60,000 nucleotides of DNA from assembly GCF_037042905.1 (NCBI RefSeq), contig NC_087251.1:48982001-49042000 (forward strand), given 5' to 3'. Under the pieces are notes generated by a model. The model did not search any database, was not told the DNA's origin, and saw nothing but the letters and a program-made list of their open reading frames with translations. The translations under genes were made by a program, and so were the position numbers. Numbering within the stretch: the first letter of the stretch is position 1; each line of letters starts with the position of its first letter. Positions 51,701-60,000 of the stretch are shown in pieces. This stretch comes from Lytechinus pictus (Eukaryota).

Positions 51701-54700
51701 TGCAAGGTAACTTAAAGGGGAATCCAACCCAAATAAAAACTTGTTTTTATAAGGAAAAGAAAAATCAGACAAGTTGATAGGTGAAAGTTTGAACAATATT
51801 GGACAAACAACAAGAAAGTTATGAATTTTTAAAAGTTGTAAATATTGGTAATCACTATACCCATGGAGACTTCAAATTGGCCGCATATATGATGTATTAG
51901 TGATGTAAGGCAAGGACTACTCTTCCATATACTCCAATACATATTATGGCTAAAATTTCATTTTTCCCAAAAGTTTTATTTCAAATTATATTTTTCTTTC
52001 ATGGGGACATAAAACAATATACTACCTGGGTTACATTTAGATTACTGCCCCAGGGGAATGGGTACTTGGGAGAAAACCACAAATCCCTGATAATAAAGTA
52101 CATGGCCTATGGGAAAGTTGGCCTTGCCCCTTTTCATAATTTACTTACCCAGTTGCCAATTTGACATTTACATAGTATTAGTGATCTCAATTTTAAAGCA
52201 GCTATAACTTTCTTATTGCTCGTCCGATTTCTTTCAAACTTTTACCATTCTGTTTAATTTATTTTTCTCCTTCCCAACACAACATTTTATGGCCAAGGCT
52301 GGATTCCCCTTTAATTCATGTAAGATATGATTTGCAATTAAAATCTTTGAAAATGCCAAGGTGATTTACATTTGATCATAAAATGGAATGTGATAACTCA
52401 ATATTTTCAGTTTTATATTTGAAAATCTTGATACTGTTTCATACACAAAAAGAATTCTATACAATAAATAAAAAAATAACAATGACAAAAAATAAATAAT
52501 ACTACTACTACTAATAATAATGAAAATAATGATAACAACTGAACTAACAATAAGAATGCCACAACAATTACAAAGCTCTTAATACAATGTTTCTAAGTGC
52601 TGCATACTAGTACCCTGGCTTCAACCTTGATTGGGGACTCTAGTATTCCAGTAATTCCTTCCTACTCGGTTGCAAGTACCTATCTATGTGACAGGAGTTG
52701 CTCGAGTGCAAAGAAGAAATTGGGTCACAGTTACAACCTCAAATGATAACAATGATTCTCACCAAAATGCAAGCATCTGGTCTGGTCTTCTTGATAACCT
52801 TGATAAGATCTTCCAAGGGTTCTAAGCTGAGGTTATCAGAGGTACTGAACGGACCCGCAGCAAGCAATAGATGAAGGTTTCCTGTAGCTTCAGGGAAGTC
52901 TGTTGATTCAAAGTCACCCCTCACACCCTGTATGTCAAAATACATGAAAAGGGCTTGGTCTCATTATGCTTTATTTAAAGCTAAATGCCAGCTGTGGTAG
53001 CAATCTCAAAATGAGTCCAAACAGAATCCAATACAATGACCACCTTTGTGTTTGTAACCTAGAAATAACAAATGTGCCAAATGATTCTGGGGTGTTTTTT
53101 TTTGCAGTATTCCTCAATTCCATTCTTTTCTTGAAATCTCTGTATCACTTTATGTAATATCAGTATGTTTACATGCATATCTTTATAATGACTCTTTTTT
53201 GTTTTGACAATCTGTTATTATGCCCACATGCATTTCTCTGTACATTTCTTTTTATCGGAATTGAAAATAAATGAGTTGAATATAGAAAAATGTGTCATTG
53301 CTGAGAAATCGAGAAATGAGAAGAGGTATGCTAGCATTCCAGCCATATGTTGGGTCTTTTTTTTTTCAAGCACTAATATTTGATACACAGTCCCACATGT
53401 GCACACATAAAGAGCACCATCTCTACTCCCTGGGGAGTATCCTGGCCAGGCAACCATTTATCGGTGCACACATGCCAATCTAATCACATTGACTTTCACA
53501 TCCTACCAGCATCCATTTAACACCTGGGTGGAGAGTGAAAAACATGGCGGGTGGGATTCGAACCCTCGACCCTTGGTTTAAGAGTCAAGTGACTCAGCCA
53601 CTAAACCATGACACCTCCACAACACCATGTGTTGGTGATCTTCAGTGTGATTGTTTTTCAGCTTAGATTTCATGATTTCAAATAATTAGGTTTAAATGTT
53701 AAAGGAAAATGAAACTCTTGGAGCAAGTTAGCTTTTGTGAAAGCAGAAAAATCAAAGAATAAGATCAACAAAAGTTTGAGTAAAATAGGACTAGCAATAG
53801 AAGAGTTATGAGCATTTGAATGTCGAGATCACTAATGCTATGGAGATCACAGATGTCACAGATGAACAACTCTCCCCTTTTGGACACTGAATATATACCC
53901 CAAAACATCTCTTTTTGCTCATTCTAATCATATGACAAACGATTCATCAATGATATAATGTTGTGAAACCTCTGTACTTGTCCTCTCATAAAGAGAACAC
54001 CTCACCTTGTGATAGACTCTATAAAAGTGAGAATATAAGTGAAATAAGTACTAAAGTAATGAGGGAGTTGTACGTGTGTGACATCACAGATCTTGGTCGC
54101 ATTGCCAATGGGAGGATCTACATGGCATTAGTGATCTCAATATTCAAATGCTCATAACTTTCTTATTATTCATTCAATCTTCCTCAAACTTTCAACAATA
54201 TGTTTCTTTGATTTTTCTCTTTGATATGGATTCAGCTGGTTTCAAGGGTTTCATTCTCCTTTAATGTACCATAAACTAGATCGATCATGATGTGATGGCA
54301 ATTTAACCTTGATTTTAAAGCCGTCTAATGACATCATTGTTTGTTGCAACTTCATTCCTTTAGCTTTAACAGTGATACCACATAGAATTGAAAGAAGAAG
54401 AAAATTCAACTAGAATGGTCCCTAAATATTTGCTTTCTCTGGAGAAAAAAAAATCACATTTGAAAAAGAGAAATCCCTAATTTTGTCTGATAAATTACAT
54501 TCCTTCTTTAAAACACGAGAAAAATACTATCTTCTACAAGCAGATATTTTTTCTTTCTATTCCAATTTATTCCACATTATAAAAAAGGGTGTCTTTTGCA
54601 ACATACTATGGCTATTATTGCTATTTTTGATTTAGGAGGTAAACCACCATTATACTGCATGCGTTTTTCTGATTTAAGCATCACTCTACTCGGCAACACA

Positions 54701-57700
54701 ACCTCTACTATCTAATGAACTTCCACAATTAAAGATGATCAATTTTACAAAAATACTGTCATAAGAAAACCTCTGTAAAAGATAAATTCCATGAATTTCC
54801 TGTAACGATTGAATTCCCTGAAAAAGCATTTCCTGGCTTCCTGAACACTCTTACCATATAAACTTTAAAAAAATCCCTGGTCATAAACAAATAAGCAACT
54901 TGGAATAAAAAGCACAGCAGTTCATTCATTTACATAAGTTGAAAAATACATCGTCCCTAAAAAGACTTACCGGATATATCTTGGAAGCCACAAACTTGAC
55001 CCCAGCACTGTTGACCCCGTCCATGGCAACGACCTGACCCGGAAACAGGGAATACTCCTTGACCTCTGCAAGACTGACAGCGACCTGTTTACCAGCAGAC
55101 GACTCTACAGATCCCTCCATCATGACGGACTGAGCGTTGAGACGGCCATTGCTGTCACAGCAGATCCTACCCACAACTGTTTCTGATTCCTGATGGTGCA
55201 AGAAGGACAGACATAGTTCTTATGTAACGTTTAGGAGACGGGTTGAAAATATCATAAATTGCTGAGGGGTGTTTCACAGCTATTTAGGTCTGACTAAAAT
55301 TCAAATTTAATCATGTGTTATTAAAAATACTTAACAATAATAAACTAATAAAGTTTGAATACATTGGCAATTGCTATATCTGGCAAGCCATTGCAGATTG
55401 TTAAAAATTAAGTCCCCCTCCTCATCATCCTTCTTTTCTTTCTCCTTCTCTTTCTCCCCTCTCTCTCTCTCTCTGCTTTTCTTTCAATTTCTAATCTCCC
55501 TCCTTCCCCTCTTTCTCCTACCAGTACTTCCATTCCATATATTTCTACTACTTCCACTATCACTATCACTAAAGGGGGGGTGTTTCACAAAGATTTAAGT
55601 ATGACTTAGAGCCGCACTTAAATGCATAGTTGCGCTCGGTATAAAAGGCTTGACCGCATTGGTCAGATCATGCCAAGAGGACGCGCACTACTGCGTATTG
55701 ATCAATAAGATTGCGCGTTGCATATCATGTACGCGTAGGTATTTAAGTGCAATTTAAGTCATACTTAAATCTTTGTGAAACACCCCCCAGGTTATCATCA
55801 TTACCTGTATGGGCAATGCCAAGTGGGATACACTCTCAATATTATGTTTCTCCTGAAGGGTTTTTGACATGTCTTCAATCATTTCATTCAGAACTGAAAG
55901 AAAAAAGAAAATAAATATGGTGAATTTTATGACAAAGAGTTGGATATAAGCAGGAATTTATTAGATAAAGTACATGATAAGTTTGAAAGTGTAATAAAAT
56001 GAAACGGGTCACTTGGAGATCAGCCTTCCCCTAAAAAAAGTAGCTTTAAAATACAATGTGGCATAAACAGAAATTCACTCCCAATAGCAAATCACAACAA
56101 CATTAACATGAATGGAATGTCTTAATTATGAGCATACAAATTTATCTGATTGGCAGCCAAGTTAAGGAACTCTAGCTTTCTTTCTTAGTTCCTTTCCAAC
56201 TGATTTAATAATAAAAGAAATAAACAAGTGCAGCAGTCGCGAAAAAGGAGTTACCATAATATTCAAAATATGGATTGGCAATGGCCTAATGAATGATTTA
56301 CTACAGAAGATGGTCAAGATAACAAGAATCAAATGGCTTCATTTTCTAGATTTACCATGTAATCATTTTTTAATGGTAAGTATGGACAAGACTTGACAAA
56401 TGATACAAACATACCATCAGCTTTCTTCTTCATCTTCTGCATCATATACTTGTACTTGTCAGACTTCTTAATACATTGGTTGTCTCGACCTCGAGAGATG
56501 CAGCATTTGGTCAAGTTGGACCCCTCCCAGATGACCGAAGTGACCGGTCCGAAGCTGGCGACCACCTCGCCTGACTTGCTACGACTGCTGTACTTCTGAG
56601 AAGGAGTGGCAGACCTAGAAATTATGTCAAAATATTTCTATTTATACATTGCATAAGATTAAAAGGCGCATACCCTCAATCAGGAAAAATAAACAAAAGT
56701 ACTTATGAGTTAACAAAAATTGGCAAGGCATTGCAGGGGCGGATCCAGCCTTCGCCAATAGGGGGGGCCCAGAATTTTTTTCAGTCACATTTTTCCCGAT
56801 CAGCCGCTCGAAGATAATATTTGTTTGTTTGAAGGGGTAGTCCTAATAGTCAATTTTAGCTATATTCTTATAAATCAACATACAAATATAATATCATAAT
56901 CCTTATTTATATAATGTGAGCGCGAAGCGCAAGCTAATTTTTTATTTTATTTAATGAATTCGTCCTAAAATTGGAACATTCTCGGCGATATTTGTTATCG
57001 TGAAAAAGATGCGTATGCAACTAAATAATTACTACAAACACGAAGCGCGAGCACAAATTTTTAATACACGTTTTGAACTGATCAAAAAGCCAAGGACTTC
57101 TTGCACTTAGCCATAAAAACGTTACATATTTCAACAATCAAATAATGCGAGCACGAAGCGCGAGCTGAAAATTTTTTGACATTTCTTCATAAAGAAAATT
57201 TTAATCAATTTATGTAATCGTGAACAGGATAGCTATATAACTAAACAATTGATGCGAGCGCGAAGCGCGAGCAGAAAAAAATCGAGATTTAGACCTAAAA
57301 CAGGACACTCTATTCATGTTTTGTAAATCATGAAAAGGATGAGTAATAGGGGATCTTAATAATTCGAGCGCAAAGCGCGAGCATAACATTTTTATATACG
57401 TTCTGAACTGCGATCAAAAAGGTACTTGATGAGGACTTCTTGCACTTAGCCATGAAAACGTTACATATTTCAACAATCAAATAATGCAAGCGCAAAGCGC
57501 GAGCTGAAAATTTATTGACATTTCTTCATAAAGAATGAAAAATTTTAATCAATTTTTGTAATCGTGAACAGGATTGATGCAAGTGCGAGCGGAAAAAAAT
57601 CAAGATTTAGACCTACAAACGGGACACTCTATTCATGTTTTGTAAATCATGAAAAGGATGATTTATAGGGGATCTTCCTACAATAATGCAAGAACAAAGC

Positions 57701-59362
57701 ACGTGCAGAAAATGTTTGATATTGTGATCTGAAACTGGATAATGATATAAGTAGAGAACAATTTGCGTATCTGAATGTTTCAGATTTAGATCTAGAATCT
57801 ACGCATTCTAAATAATCTTTTATCATGAAAATCAATAATATTTGATATTCCAATCTAAAAAAAGGTCAATTTCAGCTCTATATTTCAAGCACTTTGTAGG
57901 AAAATTGTGAGGTGGATATGGATCACACTTATAAAGAGCTAATATTTTTCATAGTTTTGACATATAGGACCGGCACATCCTTAGGACATGTCATCACATG
58001 AAAATGATGACTATCTTCATATTCCTCTTGCTAAGCGCAAGATGAAACATAAGGGACAATTTGATTATTAAAATAATATCTTATTTATTAATCTAATATG
58101 CCTAATAAGGGCGCAAAATCTGATGATATAATGGCCTGAAATCTGGATATTTCAATCACTTTTGTAATTATAAATAGGATGCATGAGTTAATATATTTTT
58201 AACAATTAATGCGAGCGCCAATCGCAAGCCGAAATTTTTGATAAACTGTCATGAAATGGGGATTTTAAGTAGTTTGTTGTATAATCAATATTTCTAGACC
58301 TCGCCAATCAAAATGCGAGCGTGCAGCGCTAGCTGATACGTTTAACAATCAGACCTGAAAAGGGATATTTAGAAAAATATATGGAATACAATAAAATAAT
58401 TGGTACCTGATAAATTTGCGAGCGCCCAGCGCGCCGAGCAGAAAATTAATATTCAACCATGAAAATGACATGTTTACAGAGTACTTTTTAAAAATCAATT
58501 TGTAAATCAAACAAAATAATGAAAGTTCGATTTCCGAGGTGAAATATGTTTTGTATATTGACTTCCAAACTTGATATATTAAGCTCCATATTGAACAAGA
58601 TATGCAAATCACCTAGCGCGAAGCGCGAGTGAAAATTTTATATAGTGACATGAAAGATTCTTTTTATTGTCAAAGTCTTATTCCCCTTATCTTATTTTAT
58701 TCACTCATCTTCCTCCTTTTCTTTTTTCTCCTCTCTTTTCCCTCCTTTTTTCCCCTCGCCCCCCCTGGATCCGCCTATGCATTGAGCATTTCTCATTATT
58801 CTGCTGTATGTAGGAGAAAAAAATGAAAATCTATATTTTATTGTTCGAAATGAAATATGAAAAAAGAAATACTCCAAAAATTGATTGTGGGCCCGACAGC
58901 AACTGTGCAGCACCAGAATGACGTAGCCCTATCCCTAGAATTGTTGAACGCCAAACAGGATAGCAGCAACTCCCATCTTTTTAACGTCTTTTGGTCTGAC
59001 GTGGCTGGGGTTTGAACTCCCGACCTCCCGGTTGTGAGGACGCTCTTCCAACTGAGCAAACACACCGATTTAGAAAATTGCTTTTGCTTCTCTAAACTTT
59101 CTTTGTGGCAGATCTTTGAGCAACTTTGGACAAGATGGTCAATATTTGGGGGGGAGGGGGGTTGTTGGAATCAGACAAAACTTACAATGAGGGTGAACTG
59201 CCGGTCGATGTAATGTCATCTTCTTTCTTGATATTCTTCTCTCTCAGAGGCGTTCTCTTATTTGCAATGCTGTCTGGTGTTGCCATAACTCTCTTCTGTC
59301 TTGCCTTTGGGCCAGGGGTATATGCATCAAGCAAATCATCAGACTCATCATCATCATCAAGC
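45799..59362 (-). CDS. POLA2: DNA polymerase alpha subunit B (5'-partial; 11 exons in window)
   Basis: Exons 59186-59362, 56415-56614, 55805-55893, 54971-55189, 52763-52927, 51212-51250, 49646-49719, 48371-48470, 47746-47852, 46370-46556, 45799-45960. All are GT-AG and phase-consistent. Motifs: GRICCDSNGRLN, YSLFPGQVV, AAGPFS, LGPFVD, IYPQPP, QQNFYPLYPP, CINPG. Confidence 0.96.
47996..48271. mobile_element. hAT-like MITE
   Basis: CAGGATTGGCA / TGCCAACCCTG ends. TAGATG appears on both flanks, but the exact TSD length is ambiguous. Confidence 0.55.
50005..50587. mobile_element. Kolobok-like MITE (copy 1)
   Basis: TIR AGGAGAATGAAAC. TTAA at 50001-50004 and 50588-50591. Confidence 0.88.
51716..52310. 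mobile_element. Kolobok-like MITE
   Basis: TIR AGGGGAATCCA / TGGATTCCCCT. TTAA at 51712-51715 and 52311-52314. Confidence 0.85.
53380..53620 (-). mobile_element. tRNA-derived SINE
   Basis: Minus strand shows an A box TGGTTTAGTGG and a B box GGTTCGAATCC, followed by a CTCTCCACCCAGGTG core-like body. Confidence 0.7.
53703..54260. mobile_element. Kolobok-like MITE (copy 2, inverted relative to copy 1)
   Basis: Near-identical reverse complement of 50005-50587 with a ~25-bp deletion. TTAA at 53699-53702 and 54261-54264. Confidence 0.88.
55574..55788. mobile_element. Harbinger-type palindromic MITE
   Basis: GGGGGGTGTTTCACAAAGATTTAAGTATGACTTA inverted at both ends. Confidence 0.75.
56734..58779. 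mobile_element. Non-autonomous DNA transposon (CAGGGGCGGATCCAG TIR, 5-bp TSD)
   Basis: Ends CAGGGGCGGATCCAG / CTGGATCCGCCTATG. CATTG is duplicated at 56729-56733 and 58780-58784. Contains repeated GCGAGCGCGAAGCGCGAGC modules. Confidence 0.8.
58880..59069 (-). mobile_element. tRNA-derived SINE
   Basis: Minus strand shows an A box TGCTCAGTTGG and a B box AGTTCAAACC, followed by a non-tRNA body. Confidence 0.7.
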
Positions 59363-60000
59363 CTGGTATTTTTGTATTTCCTGGTTAAGGAAGAAATCTT
59401 AAAGGAATTATTACATGCATCTTGTCCAAAATGCTACAATACTATGCTAATATTAGAGGATGAGAAGCTTGTGCTTGCAAGGTATAGTTAAAATCTCAAT
59501 AACTCTACATTAATAGTGCCAGGAGAAACAGACATCACTAACATATTCAAAATCCAGAAACAAACTAACAAAGGCTGTTATTAATTTTTTTACATTAATA
59601 TATATATATGTCTTTCTGAAGTGGCAGAATAAAAAATTTCAATTCCATCCATGATAATACATTGAATATTTTTTAATTGACGAAAAAAGCATTATTGCAA
59701 TTTGCATAGGAATAATTTTATATAACTTAAAAATTATATATTACCTATGCTATAAAGTAGGGCAAGCTCACAACACAATGTCACAAGCAAATTTTATTAA
59801 TTTTTAATCCCAGCAATTCACAATAAGGAAATTCTCTTATACACTGTACAAGGTAATATGGATTTTTTTACAGTAGAAAAACATTTTCCCATAAACAGTC
59901 AAACTAATTTACCAATCACCTGTACACAAGAAGCATAGAACTCAAATTTGATTTCCATTGAATTAATTTCCATATTTAAACATGTATTACAGAAACCTGG

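Noticed and set aside
53540..59069. tRNA genes at ~53545-53620 and ~58995-59069
   Set aside because: A and B boxes are present, but there is no complete cloverleaf and both continue into SINE bodies.
59126..59491. 121-aa + strand ORF
   Set aside because: Antisense to POLA2 exon 59186-59362.

Overview
AT-rich eukaryotic genomic DNA with spliceosomal introns and a dense DNA-transposon/MITE load. The repeat types suggest a marine invertebrate such as a sea urchin (inference). Three zones. (1) 1-9.7 kb: a defective Ty3/gypsy LTR retrotransposon (Gag, -1 frameshift signal, protease, integrase remnant, no RT/RNase H, probable 3' LTR). It is split by a 4.1-kb long-TIR Academ-like element inserted at the gag stop codon and by a TTAA-flanked Kolobok-like element. 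(2) 11.1-35.4 kb: a complete 20-exon + strand gene (~1137 aa by manual splicing) with 2 cadherin-like beta-sandwiches, a U-box, 2 TRAF-type zinc fingers, TPR-like repeats and an Ala/Pro/Arg/Gly-rich linker. Its intron 14 holds a palindromic Tc1 element (1044-bp near-perfect inverted arms, intact DD34E transposase) nested in a hAT-like MITE. (3) 36-60 kb: a triple-nested transposon cluster containing a ~227-bp satellite with a 455-bp higher-order repeat, then the 3' eleven coding exons of POLA2 on the - strand. All domain and superfamily calls come from motif recognition by eye, not database searches.
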